From IMG/VR virus record IMGVR_UViG_2526164662_000021, positions 32,574 to 96,573 of that record: 64,000 bases of DNA; one strand, 5' to 3'. The position numbers and the translations under genes were made by a program. The notes beneath the pieces were generated by a model. That model was not told the DNA's origin. It made no database searches and was given only the letters and a program-made list of their open reading frames with translations. Origin of the DNA: a virus (taxonomy: Duplodnaviria; Heunggongvirae; Uroviricota; Caudoviricetes). Positions 20,725 through 29,928 of this stretch are shown in pieces (within the stretch, counting starts at the first letter, position 1; every line of letters starts with the position of its first letter).

Positions 20725-22452
20725 TTACTCAGAGTCACCGGCATCAATCGTGTCGCCGCTTATAAAGTTAAGCCCGCCTTTTTTGGCCATTGTCAGCGTT
20801 ACACGAGTGAAGTAATCAGCGCCGTTGCGTGGGTGCATATCGTTGATAGCCGAACCCCACAGCGTGGTACGGTTGACCAGCGCCGGAGTGGTCGGATGCT
20901 GGAACGGGATGGCCGGGACAGCATCACCAGTCACGAAGCCTGCTTTACCCGGATTTTCATCACGGACGTAGCACAGCACATCCATCGAGCTGAACTGAAT
21001 GTTCTCTGTCGTTAAGTTCTTACAAATACCAGCAGGTACTTCGTACACTTTCACGTTACCGAACAGGGTACCGATGTAGTGAACATACGGAGTCTGGATA
21101 TAGTCTTCGGCTGGCTGGAAGAAATCCTTCGGCAACTGTTTGAAGAAAGATGCTGCATCAGCGCCAGCAAACATCCCCATCGCACCAGAAGATTTAACGC
21201 GCTCAATAATGTCGCGATATACAGTCTGGAATTTGCCACGAATGATGGTTGCCCATACATCAAAGGACTGGTTAACCGGCAGAGCGATGTCAAAGGTGTC
21301 GGTCGCAAGAGTACGCCAGATCATGATGCGGAGACGCAACATATCCTGTTCATGGGACAGGTATTCTTTCAGGGTGCGGAACTGTAGGGAACCCAGGTCC
21401 AGACCAAATTCACGCTGTGCTTCATACGCCGCCTGTACCGTGTGCTCAGCCGCGATAACGAACTGGCTTGGGAACAGGGTGTATTTCTTCATTTCGTGGT
21501 TGATCAGCGGGATCAGCTCAGGAGCGGCTTCAATATTGATTTCCGTCTCAATTGCGATCTCAGTGCCTTTATCCGGCGCTTTGGAGAACGACAGGGCAAT
21601 CTGACCAATGTTGTAGTTCAGAGAGCAAGTAACAGTGATTTGCTCACCAGCAGCATTAGTAAACGAGTGAAGTAGGCTGCCGGAACCGTTATCAACAACA
21701 GACTTAATACGGTTAACGTAGATGTTAGTGCGACCTTTTCGGATTGGTACATTCTGGCCTTCGAAGTCTTCCATCTTGAAGGTTGCGGTTTTGCTGGTGC
21801 CATCGGAGCTTGCCACCAGCACATAGCGGCGGCGTAACTGGCTGTACACACCGACGGATTGCATGTCCAGAACATCACCAGCAGCATAAGAACCAAAAGA
21901 GGAACCTGCCACGTTAAAGACTTCATAGATGTCGGACTGGTCACGCGTAACCGGAATGAAGGTACACGCATCAGCGGTAGCTGCCCCCAACTGAACAGGC
22001 AGGATCATCGCGAGGAATAAAGGCAGACGCATAACACCGTCAGAAACGCTCATCATCTCTGCTGCGACGGATTCCAGCATCGCTTTATTAGTGGCATCCA
22101 TGCTATTGCGGGTGGACTCAATCAGGCAGTTTTCCAGCGTCTGGTGGCAGGAGGCCAGAATTTCCGGACGCGGCATAGATTTATGTGCTGCGGCGTAGTC
22201 AGCCAGTGAACTTGCCCACGCTGTAGCGATTTGAGCGGTGGCATTATCAGAGATACCCGCAAAAACCGGGTCTTTACGTGCAGCTTCAAGGATAGATGCG
22301 GCACGCGCGGCATCATCTTTAATGAATTGGTTATCAGTACCGAACTGCGCAGTGCTTGCCCAGCCAAGCACAGCTTTAGAGCGTTTTGCGATATCTGCAA
22401 TACGATTCTGGTATTCGCGTAAGTTACTCAATTTACTCTTCCTTAAACACAA
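20725..22452 (-). CDS. major head protein candidate (gene 23 position), 575 aa
   Basis: First gene of late operon next to parS; late-promoter-like element upstream. Confidence 0.55.
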   Translation of the reverse strand: MCLRKSKLSNLREYQNRIADIAKRSKAVLGWASTAQFGTDNQFIKDDAARAASILEAARKDPVFAGISDNATAQIATAWASSLADYAAAHKSMPRPEILASCHQTLENCLIESTRNSMDATNKAMLESVAAEMMSVSDGVMRLPLFLAMILPVQLGAATADACTFIPVTRDQSDIYEVFNVAGSSFGSYAAGDVLDMQSVGVYSQLRRRYVLVASSDGTSKTATFKMEDFEGQNVPIRKGRTNIYVNRIKSVVDNGSGSLLHSFTNAAGEQITVTCSLNYNIGQIALSFSKAPDKGTEIAIETEINIEAAPELIPLINHEMKKYTLFPSQFVIAAEHTVQAAYEAQREFGLDLGSLQFRTLKEYLSHEQDMLRLRIMIWRTLATDTFDIALPVNQSFDVWATIIRGKFQTVYRDIIERVKSSGAMGMFAGADAASFFKQLPKDFFQPAEDYIQTPYVHYIGTLFGNVKVYEVPAGICKNLTTENIQFSSMDVLCYVRDENPGKAGFVTGDAVPAIPFQHPTTPALVNRTTLWGSAINDMHPRNGADYFTRVTLTMAKKGGLNFISGDTIDAGDSE

Positions 22453-22471
22453 GGCACTTGTGTGAATCCCT

Positions 22472-22495
22472 TTTCGGAAGAGATTTTATTGAAAG
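22472..22495 (-). promoter_or_regulatory. late-promoter-like element (CAACAAGTGACTTTCAATAAAAT)
   Basis: Shared motif CAA(A/G)T(G/T)ACT N9-11 TAnAAT about 20 nt upstream of start codons of four late operons. Confidence 0.4.
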
Positions 22496-22568
22496 TCACT
22501 TGTTGACTTTCTCGTGACAAGCAATTTTTTTATTTTTTTCGGGAGTAGGGGAGGAAGGTAAAATCCAA

Positions 22569-22653
22569 GGTGAAATCGTGGCGATTTCACCTTGAAATTT
22601 TAGAGGGATTTACTTTAAAAACAGTAGTTTAATAGTGAAATTTGAATGGCGAA
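22569..22653. promoter_or_regulatory. parS: parS partition centromere
   Basis: ParB box A heptamers (ATTTCAC/GTGAAAT) and box B hexamers (TCGCCA/TGGCGA) arranged around an AT-rich IHF-like spacer: GTGAAATCGTGGCGATTTCAC ... TAGTGAAATTTGAATGGCGA. Confidence 0.75.
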
Positions 22654-22656
22654 AGT

Positions 22657-23658
22657 TTAAGGCTTCGGCTTTTTATCGAGGCTCTTTCTAAGGATATGCC
22701 CAATCATCCTGTCGAGTTCTTCCTGTAGCTCTTTTGAAAGTCGATTAAACTCATAAGAAAATGCACGGCCTTTCACGCGCTTCCTTGCAAAGCGATCCTT
22801 GTCCTCAAATTTCCATAATTCAGTAACTACGGACTTATCTTTAGAACCTTTATCCGTGAGTAGTGAGGCTTCCTTTGTTATCAAGCGCAGGATTTTATTT
22901 TTAACTTCATCTTCGGCCATTTCTTCAATGGATAAGATGTCGTTTATTTCCGGGGATATATTTTGAATAAGCTGATCAAACTCTAAATTCTTGTTCCCCA
23001 TTTCGTCGCCAACAGCACAAAGCGTTTTGTAGTCCGAAAAGGTTAATTCCGACTGCACAGGGAAAAGGGCGACTAATTCTTCCGGAGCACTCGCTGCCTG
23101 GAGAGCACGCGTGACCTTCGCCTGAGACAGCCCTTCTTTGGCTGCAATATCCTTCTGACTCATCCCATCATTTTTCATTCGCATCAAACGCAGACCTATT
23201 TCTCGAATGCTGTGCTGCAATGCTGTCTGAACGTCTTTCGCTAAATTTTGCGCTTCCTGAACGCTGATCTCCTGGTCCGTGACTAAAACCCGCAACCCTA
23301 CGTTCTCTAAGATGGCAGAAGCTCGACGCCGGGAACCATCCAAAATTTCAATTTTCCCTGTTGCCCGTCTAACACCTATTGCAGGGTAAAATTGCTGATG
23401 CTTAATAGTGCTTCGGATACTTTTTAATGATTTTGGCGTAAGAGATGCCTGGTCACGCCCGTTGTTATGCTGATCAACAAAGGTATCGCTTTCTACCTGG
23501 TTCGGAGGTATTACCTCTTCAATAAATGTGGCCTGGCGACCAGTTGATAACTTGAATACCTGCTCGACTCGATCGCCAGAGGCTGAAGAACTATCAAATC
23601 CGCTTAATATTGAAGGATTAAGGGTTCGCCCAATTGTTGGTCTGTTTTTCTTTGACAT
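22657..23658 (-). CDS. parB: partition protein ParB, 333 aa
   Basis: 333-aa ORF immediately downstream of parA and upstream of parS. Confidence 0.85.
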   Translation of the reverse strand: MSKKNRPTIGRTLNPSILSGFDSSSASGDRVEQVFKLSTGRQATFIEEVIPPNQVESDTFVDQHNNGRDQASLTPKSLKSIRSTIKHQQFYPAIGVRRATGKIEILDGSRRRASAILENVGLRVLVTDQEISVQEAQNLAKDVQTALQHSIREIGLRLMRMKNDGMSQKDIAAKEGLSQAKVTRALQAASAPEELVALFPVQSELTFSDYKTLCAVGDEMGNKNLEFDQLIQNISPEINDILSIEEMAEDEVKNKILRLITKEASLLTDKGSKDKSVVTELWKFEDKDRFARKRVKGRAFSYEFNRLSKELQEELDRMIGHILRKSLDKKPKP

Positions 23659-23674
23659 GGGGGTTTCTTACTCC

Positions 23675-24871
23675 TCAGTTAGATCTGATAAATTCAATAC
23701 GGTCAAAAACTGCTTTAGCAAAATCTTCCGCGGCAATTCGCGCGTTCTTCAATGCATCAGCACTACCAACATACGTTGCCGGGTTAGCTGAAATAACAGT
23801 GTCAAAAGACTCGCCGCAACGTTCAAAACCGTCAAGGCGAGGGAGGACGACATCGAGCATATCCCCACCGAACACTTCTTTAGCCAGGCTATGGCAATAC
23901 TTATGATCTGCCTTGTTACTCAACTTGGACATAAAACCAATGTTAGTCGCAAGCTGGCACTCGCAGCCTTCATCCGAAATGAGTTTCACCAACTCAGGAA
24001 GGCGGGCAACGTATTTAAGCGATGAGTGGAAATCGACAGTTGCTGGCGGCAGAGGTGTAAACAGTATATTGGCCGAGGCCAAAGCATTTTTCAGGAAGGC
24101 GTCAAGGTGAGGACCACTATCAACGAGGATAAAATCATAATCGCTCTTCAGCTTATCAATCACATTTTCTTTCAGGACAGCATGGATGTTCTGACCCGGT
24201 AGATGCTCATTGCACAGCTCTCTCCAATCGGATGCAATAAAGGCATCGTCAATCGACGCAGGCATAACGTCAACCCCAGGTACAACAGAAGGAACAATAA
24301 ACTCCTCTAACAGCTCTTCACGGCTTACATTCTGCAACATAGCCTGTGCAGATGTTGCGTTTACGATACCAATAGAGTGTTTATGGCTTAAAAACATCGT
24401 TGCTGAAGATTGCGGATCAAGGTCAATAACCAGAATCCTTAAATCTTCCATCAGAAGATGAGGGTGAGCACGCATTGCATGCGCCAGAGAAACCGTCGAT
24501 ACAGTTTTTGACACACCGCCTTTAAGATTGGAGATGAAAATCACATACGCTTCGCTGTAGCGATCCCGGTATTTTGGCACTCCGCGATGTTCATATATGT
24601 CAATGATGTTCTGAATTGACATCGCATATTTCATTGAAGAGCCAGCAGGGCGCTTATCGAAAACATAACCCTTTTCTTCCATTTCACTTACAGCATAGTC
24701 AACGTTCGCTCGAGTCAGTAGAGGCAATTTTGCCAGTGCCGCTTTCGCATAGACCTGGTAAAACTCGTTCGCGTGTAGCTCATCCTTTTGCAACTGTACT
24801 TGTTCAGTCAGAACATTGAGCATTCTGTTTGCTCTTTGAGCAACCTTGTGAAGCTGGCTGGAATCACTCAT
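23675..24871 (-). CDS. parA: partition ATPase ParA (type Ia, with N-terminal regulatory extension), 398 aa
   Basis: Deviant Walker A NLKGGVSKT; 398 aa. Confidence 0.85.
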   Translation of the reverse strand: MSDSSQLHKVAQRANRMLNVLTEQVQLQKDELHANEFYQVYAKAALAKLPLLTRANVDYAVSEMEEKGYVFDKRPAGSSMKYAMSIQNIIDIYEHRGVPKYRDRYSEAYVIFISNLKGGVSKTVSTVSLAHAMRAHPHLLMEDLRILVIDLDPQSSATMFLSHKHSIGIVNATSAQAMLQNVSREELLEEFIVPSVVPGVDVMPASIDDAFIASDWRELCNEHLPGQNIHAVLKENVIDKLKSDYDFILVDSGPHLDAFLKNALASANILFTPLPPATVDFHSSLKYVARLPELVKLISDEGCECQLATNIGFMSKLSNKADHKYCHSLAKEVFGGDMLDVVLPRLDGFERCGESFDTVISANPATYVGSADALKNARIAAEDFAKAVFDRIEFIRSN

Positions 24872-25009
24872 CGAAAGTCATCCTTTATGCTGTATTTTTG
24901 AATTTAATTAAAAATGCTGCATAAAATAATAATGTATGCGCAGATGCTTGTACATAGCATTCTCTGCATGTTTGATTCATTTTTCACGATTGAGAGTTGC
25001 AAGGCGGGC

Positions 25010-25034
25010 ACAAAAAAGCCCCGTTCAGGGGCAT
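25010..25034 (-). terminator. rho-independent terminator after the T5orf172-like gene
   Basis: GCCCC-GTTCA-GGGGC with T-run on minus strand. Confidence 0.55.
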
Positions 25035-25039
25035 CAGTG

Positions 25040-25849
25040 TTATTTGTTAAGAGCTGCGAATAATCGTTCGAAATCGATAGTATATATAGCACGCGTAAGC
25101 GCCGGAAGTTCAGCCTCAAAGTACCCGTGTCGATCGTAAAAGAAGGGACCAAAGAGCGAGGAATGTTGGATTCTACTTCGCCCCAGCCCGGACACACAGT
25201 TAAGTCCATTACCGGATAAAAGGCTAAAAAACTTCTCTGGATTATCGTGGTAAAGCTGGGAATCAATGGTGGCAGTTAACTCTTCCATAGGGAAGCACAC
25301 CCGCCCAGTCTCCCAGGAATATTTAGTCCGAAGCGTAAACATCGCTTTCAGCAATTCACATTGAGCGCGGATCGCGTCAGGTTCATAGCCAGATATGGAG
25401 ACATAAGCCACATCCCTCATTCCTGCGTCATCTTTGAAAGTCACGATAGAAGTAACATCCAGTTCTTTTTCGAAAGAGCGAGCAGCATCTACTGGACGCT
25501 GAAGTAAATCATTCGACTTAATCCGCTCAAGAATCCCTCCCCACATATCATTTAGGTATTCGATATGAGCCAAAACCTTATCAAGACACTCTCGTGTAAA
25601 CCATTCAGTATGCCCGCCACCGGCGCTTTTCTCCCACGGCGCATTCCAGGGGAAAAAGGTTGCGTGTAAAGCCCGCTCAAGATTAACCATTGCCAAACGC
25701 GTACCACGATAGACCCGTGAAAGCGCAAAATCGGGACTCACTTGTAGCCCTTTAAACCGTGCCAATGGACCACATGAAATGCCGATTTTAAAAGTATCTC
25801 CGTTCTCCGGCACCAGAACGTAGAGGTAGTGTTGTTTCTCTTCTTGCAT
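25040..25849 (-). CDS. GIY-YIG/T5orf172-like domain protein, 269 aa (insertion between incA and parA)
   Basis: N-terminal HYLYVLVPENGDTFKIGIS...GGHTEWF resembles the T5orf172/GIY-YIG-like fold; has its own terminator. Confidence 0.55.
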   Translation of the reverse strand: MQEEKQHYLYVLVPENGDTFKIGISCGPLARFKGLQVSPDFALSRVYRGTRLAMVNLERALHATFFPWNAPWEKSAGGGHTEWFTRECLDKVLAHIEYLNDMWGGILERIKSNDLLQRPVDAARSFEKELDVTSIVTFKDDAGMRDVAYVSISGYEPDAIRAQCELLKAMFTLRTKYSWETGRVCFPMEELTATIDSQLYHDNPEKFFSLLSGNGLNCVSGLGRSRIQHSSLFGPFFYDRHGYFEAELPALTRAIYTIDFERLFAALNK

Positions 25850-25874
25850 ATCAATACCACTGCTTGATGAGAAC

Positions 25875-26135
25875 CGCGCAAATGTTGACTATGCGCGAAA
25901 GTTAATGTGAATAGTTGACTATGCGCGATGTGACTACAGTCAAAAGTTGACTGTAGTCGATTTAACTCCACCAAAAATCGACTATGTAAGATATTGTCGG
26001 GAGAAACGTTGACTATACGCGATGAAATGACCCTAAAAGCCATCTCAATAGCGACTTGCAGAATATTGACGCCAGCAAAAATCCACCAGCGTCAACGAAT
26101 GTCGCCTATAGTCAACTTCTCGCTATCGCATATAG
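25875..26135. repeat. incA: incA-like iteron array (about 9 iterons, both orientations)
   Basis: Repeated GTTGACTATGCGCGA and reverse complements downstream of repA. Confidence 0.75.
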
Positions 26136-26141
26136 TCAATA

Positions 26142-27083
26142 TTATGGATTGCGCTTATGGATCTGGAAGCCGATTTTCCTGCCGTTTTTTATCTCTGAAA
26201 ATTTAAGATATTCAATAGCTTCCAAATCTTTCATAGCTTTTCTGATAACGCTATTTTGCACGCTAACGGATGATTTGAGATTAAGCCTTGCTCTAAGGCG
26301 CTCAATGCTGACAGGTGCCGGGTTGGCGGGTAGAGCCTCAAAGAATGTATACAGCACCTTGGCCGTCTCTTTGCGCCCGAGCTTATCCAGCATCTTCAGC
26401 TTCAGGATTCGCTTATAGTCAACATAGTAAAGTTCAGATAGCTGTTTCTGCGGCTGGATCTCGATAACATCAAGCTCGGTATTCAGGCTGCTATATGCCA
26501 ACAAGTTGACGTTAATGTTATTGAGATGACCTTTTGCCGCCGGGAAGCGGAATTTGACAACTGTCTGCTGAATGCGTGTCAGAGAGTCATCAATACTTTT
26601 ACGGAACGCCTTTGAAAGGCGCTTACGTGGATAGCCGCATCGATCGGCAAACTCGGAGAATGGCAGGGTGATTATGCCGTCATCATCAGGTGCGTAGTCA
26701 AACAACGCGGAGGTTATGCCCACCCACACCTTAAAATCAGTATCCATATCCAGGCGTGGACCATGTATTTCAATTCCCTCATAGCCTTCCTGCTCAACAA
26801 TTTTGAGGCTTGATAGTTCTTCGGTTGCGTTCGTTGTGTTTGTAGTAACTGACGATCCGCGACGTAGTGCCACATTGGTAGATTTTAAGGTTGGCACAAA
26901 CACACCTAAGCGCAACAAAGCGATTGGTTGTATAGTGCTATTGTTATTGGGTTTCAGGCTGTGGATTTCTCCTGTATTTCCTGCAACTTCTTCAACGCTA
27001 AGGAAGCCTTTATTTTCTTCCGGCATCGTGGTTTCTCCATATGTGGCGCGGCCTGGCGTCATCTGGATTGCAGTTATCAACAA
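26142..27083 (-). CDS. repA: plasmid replication initiator RepA (start may be the internal Met at 27020)
   Basis: ORF flanked by iteron arrays on both sides. Confidence 0.8.
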   Translation of the reverse strand: MLITAIQMTPGRATYGETTMPEENKGFLSVEEVAGNTGEIHSLKPNNNSTIQPIALLRLGVFVPTLKSTNVALRRGSSVTTNTTNATEELSSLKIVEQEGYEGIEIHGPRLDMDTDFKVWVGITSALFDYAPDDDGIITLPFSEFADRCGYPRKRLSKAFRKSIDDSLTRIQQTVVKFRFPAAKGHLNNINVNLLAYSSLNTELDVIEIQPQKQLSELYYVDYKRILKLKMLDKLGRKETAKVLYTFFEALPANPAPVSIERLRARLNLKSSVSVQNSVIRKAMKDLEAIEYLKFSEIKNGRKIGFQIHKRNP

Positions 27084-27099
27084 CTGTGAATAGTCAGGC

Positions 27100-27325
27100 T
27101 CTAAAATCGCGTACAGTCAATGTTTCTGTCGCGTATAGTCAACAATAAATCGCGTGCAGTCAACAATAAATCGTGCACAGTCAACATAAAATCGCGTATA
27201 GTCAATGTTGATCCCATTTCAGGCCAGAAATGGCGCGGCTTACAGCGATCCGGGATCTTCTTTGGATCTTCCTAGGTTCTCTTTAGGATCTGTTTATTGG
27301 ATCTATGCTGTGGATAAGTTGAATA
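27100..27325. repeat. plasmid origin: 5 direct iterons (incC-like) plus GATC-rich AT region and DnaA box
   Basis: Five direct repeats AATCGCGTAYAGTCAA at about 21-bp spacing (27104-27212); at least 5 GATC in 27213-27300; TGTGGATAA at 27310-27318. Confidence 0.75.
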
Positions 27326-27360
27326 AACCGGCCAATAAAGCCGGTTGGAAGGAAGCCGTA

Positions 27361-27753
27361 TTATTCTACGCTCTCGATAAGAAGACCATGTTCATAACAT
27401 TTAAGCTCATCGCCTTCGTACAGGAATTGGTATCCAACACCACCATCTTCATGGACATTAGGGAATAACTCATAACTCACTGAAGAGCAAATCACACCAA
27501 TGCAGCGATCAACTCCTTCTCGTTCTTCAGTGCAGAAAAAATCCTCTTCGGTAAGAACATGAGTACATTGCTCATCAGCATAGGTCGGAAATACATGCTC
27601 AATGCAATCCGGGTGTTTTAAACCAAGCTGATCGGCAAGCTCGAAAGCACGACGGTATTGTTCAGATCCTGGCTTGCCAACAGTGATTTGCTCAATTTTG
27701 TAGATTGAAGTCGCTTTGTTGATAGTTTGCTTTACTGTTACTTTATCAGACAT
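27361..27753 (-). CDS. hypothetical Cys-rich protein, 130 aa
   Basis: ORF track. Confidence 0.5.
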   Translation of the reverse strand: MSDKVTVKQTINKATSIYKIEQITVGKPGSEQYRRAFELADQLGLKHPDCIEHVFPTYADEQCTHVLTEEDFFCTEEREGVDRCIGVICSSVSYELFPNVHEDGGVGYQFLYEGDELKCYEHGLLIESVE

Positions 27754-27764
27754 AAAAATCCCTT

Positions 27765-28097
27765 TTAGTTACCGCTGATAGCGCGGTTGTAATCATTAAC
27801 GTTGCGATTCTTCCTGTTAATCCCCATCAGCATCGTTTCTGTATCAAGGATATAGGCTGGCAGATCATCAAAATATTCACTGCTAAACTCTGGCATCCTG
27901 CACATAAATGCACTTTTGGGGGCAGGGTGATTAACCTTTGTCGGCGTCGGCGTTAAATTCGCTGATCGACTCCCGGAGCAACCGCTGAGTGTCAACAGGA
28001 ATGCGCTGGCGAACACTACCCGACGCAACCAGTTGTTTCTGAACTTCAGCTTTTCGTTCCATTTGTCTGTCTGCATACTTCGCTTGTTCTGATTCAT
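27765..28097 (-). CDS. outer-membrane lipoprotein, o-spanin-like (overlaps 3' end of upstream gene)
   Basis: Lipobox LTLSGC after signal peptide; starts inside the 27931-28353 gene in another frame. Confidence 0.5.
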   Translation of the reverse strand: MNQNKRSMQTDKWNEKLKFRNNWLRRVVFASAFLLTLSGCSGSRSANLTPTPTKVNHPAPKSAFMCRMPEFSSEYFDDLPAYILDTETMLMGINRKNRNVNDYNRAISGN

Positions 28098-28353
28098 TTT
28101 TCACTTCCTGGCTGTGAAAATGTTGATCCGCTTTATTCATCGTCTCAATGGTCTGGTTAAGATCAATGATTGACTTATCGCGCTCCTTAACAGCCTGATC
28201 AAGGCTGCCAATTTTTTCCAAGGCTTGCTTTAACTGATAACGTTCCCATGCAAACCCAGCACCAACAAGTGCGCAAATCAGGACAAGAACACCAGTAACA
28301 GCAAGTTTCTCCTTCAAAGACAAAGCTGTTTTTAACGTTGAAAAAAACGACAT
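27931..28353 (-). CDS. membrane-anchored coiled-coil protein, i-spanin-like, 140 aa
   Basis: N-terminal TM segment VTGVLVLICALVGAGFAW then charged coiled-coil-like region. Confidence 0.5.
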   Translation of the reverse strand: MSFFSTLKTALSLKEKLAVTGVLVLICALVGAGFAWERYQLKQALEKIGSLDQAVKERDKSIIDLNQTIETMNKADQHFHSQEVKNESEQAKYADRQMERKAEVQKQLVASGSVRQRIPVDTQRLLRESISEFNADADKG

Positions 28354-28392
28354 TTCTTCCTCCTGAAGAAAAATTATCTGTGAAGTCCTTTG

Positions 28393-29238
28393 TTAAAGTG
28401 TCGCCTTGTTTAATTCATCAAGAACAGAATCAGGAACCAAAGCTGCGACTGCGCTGGCGGTGCTGGCCTTATTTGCTGATGCTTCCGCCAGCGCGGTTCC
28501 GATAGCATGGTTATAAGCAGTTATGGCTACGCTGGCGCTTTCCTTCGCTCGTTCATACTGCTGTTGCAATGCTGCTACCGGTACTGTTGTCTGGTCGAAA
28601 AAAGCACCAAATTGTTCAGTAGCTTCCTTCAGTGCTTCAACTTGTTGTTCTGTCAGTGCTGGTGGGGGAGTGACTGCGCCGCCACCTGAATCAGAGCCTG
28701 ACGAGCTTCCTGAGCCTGTGTTAAGGGTCTGGTTAACGTCCCCCATAGCAGCGACTAAACTCGACGCATTAAGCGCATTTACAGCGTCCTCAAGCGATTT
28801 CGTTGTAGTCGCGTCACCAATGGCAATAGAGATCGGCAGTTCTGAAACTTCTCGCTCATTAGCACGACAGTAAACATCCCAACCAATATCGAGTTGAAGG
28901 AGCATTGACAGATCAGCATAACCAGCCAACAGGTCCGCGTGCTGAGTTGCCAGCCCTCCAATATTCGTTAAACCGGTTGCGGTTGTTCTGATCGTTGAAA
29001 CATAGCTGGTAATAGTGTCGGGATAGACAATTGTATCCAGAATTAATCCGGTCAATTCTTCTGCAAGCAGTTTTGCTGTGTTAGCACTGTTTCGTGCCGA
29101 TGTTATGGCACCAGGTGTTTTCATCCCACCGGCGGCGGCCAATTTTTTATATGCGGATAACTGGTAGACTTTTTCCAGCATGATATCTCCTAACTTACCT
29201 GAACCAGGCCGTCTCCGGACGCTACGGTAGATCCGCAT
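28393..29238 (-). CDS. hypothetical protein, Ser/Gly/Thr-rich linker (likely start MLEKVYQ at 29181)
   Basis: ORF track. Confidence 0.5.
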   Translation of the reverse strand: MRIYRSVRRRPGSGKLGDIMLEKVYQLSAYKKLAAAGGMKTPGAITSARNSANTAKLLAEELTGLILDTIVYPDTITSYVSTIRTTATGLTNIGGLATQHADLLAGYADLSMLLQLDIGWDVYCRANEREVSELPISIAIGDATTTKSLEDAVNALNASSLVAAMGDVNQTLNTGSGSSSGSDSGGGAVTPPPALTEQQVEALKEATEQFGAFFDQTTVPVAALQQQYERAKESASVAITAYNHAIGTALAEASANKASTASAVAALVPDSVLDELNKATL

Positions 29239-29474
29239 GAAACAGGGTCACCAACGCATACGATCCCTTTACCATTGACGGTAAACCATGCCCTGGTTGA
29301 TATAGCTTGCCCACCGTGCGTACTGTTTCCATCGGTATGCTGTGCATATTGCTTACCATCAACTAACACTTCGACTCCGTTGACTTTAAGTAGTGGTTCA
29401 CTCTCTACAGGAGGCCTGGATGGGAATCCTCCGTGCCCCGAACAAATGCTGTCTTTTGTTGCAATACTTGCCAC
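29190..29474 (-). CDS. small Gly-rich protein, possibly PAAR-like, 94 aa
   Basis: Pattern VNG...VCVGDPVSCGSTVASG resembles PAAR-repeat spacing; weak. Confidence 0.4.
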   Translation of the reverse strand: MASIATKDSICSGHGGFPSRPPVESEPLLKVNGVEVLVDGKQYAQHTDGNSTHGGQAISTRAWFTVNGKGIVCVGDPVSCGSTVASGDGLVQVS

Positions 29475-29555
29475 GTCATCACCAATTATTTGCTCTGATT
29501 TTCGTTATTTTAACTCAGGTTGTTTGTGGTCTACATGGAGTTCAACTATTGCAAA

Positions 29556-29572
29556 ATTGCTCTAATAAATAT
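29556..29572 (+). promoter_or_regulatory. C1 operator-like site upstream of hrdC-dmt operon
   Basis: ATTGCTCTAATAAATat. Confidence 0.6.
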
Positions 29573-29928
29573 TGTTTTTTATGTCGTATTTTCGGTACCA
29601 TTCAGCCATCGCCCTTCAATGGGCATTTGTTTGGAGTCGTCAGATGCAGATGGAGCTAATAAGCCGCAAAGAGTTCGATAGCCGTGTAACCAGCGGTGAA
29701 CTCGACAACTTGCAGGCTATCAAGGTGAAAGAAGGCTTTTGCCTCATTGGGAATCAGAGCGGAACAAATCGCGTTTTTATGCTTCGCCGTACGGATTTGA
29801 AGCCATTTGTCTGGAAGAACGAAATTGGTCCCAGCTCATACGCTCAAACGAGGGGGTGCCACAACCTGGCCTTTTTCTACAAAGACGAGCTTTCTGTGGT
29901 TGATATTCAAGGGTTACAACATGTTTAA
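29572..29928 (+). CDS. hypothetical protein upstream of hrdC (start uncertain)
   Basis: ORF track; several possible in-frame starts. Confidence 0.35.
   Translation: MFFMSYFRYHSAIALQWAFVWSRQMQMELISRKEFDSRVTSGELDNLQAIKVKEGFCLIGNQSGTNRVFMLRRTDLKPFVWKNEIGPSSYAQTRGCHNLAFFYKDELSVVDIQGLQHV

Noticed and set aside
25875-27220. Possible CRISPR array suggested by short direct repeats
   Set aside because: Repeats are about 19-bp iterons with irregular spacing and mixed orientation flanking repA; no CRISPR-like repeat-spacer regularity.
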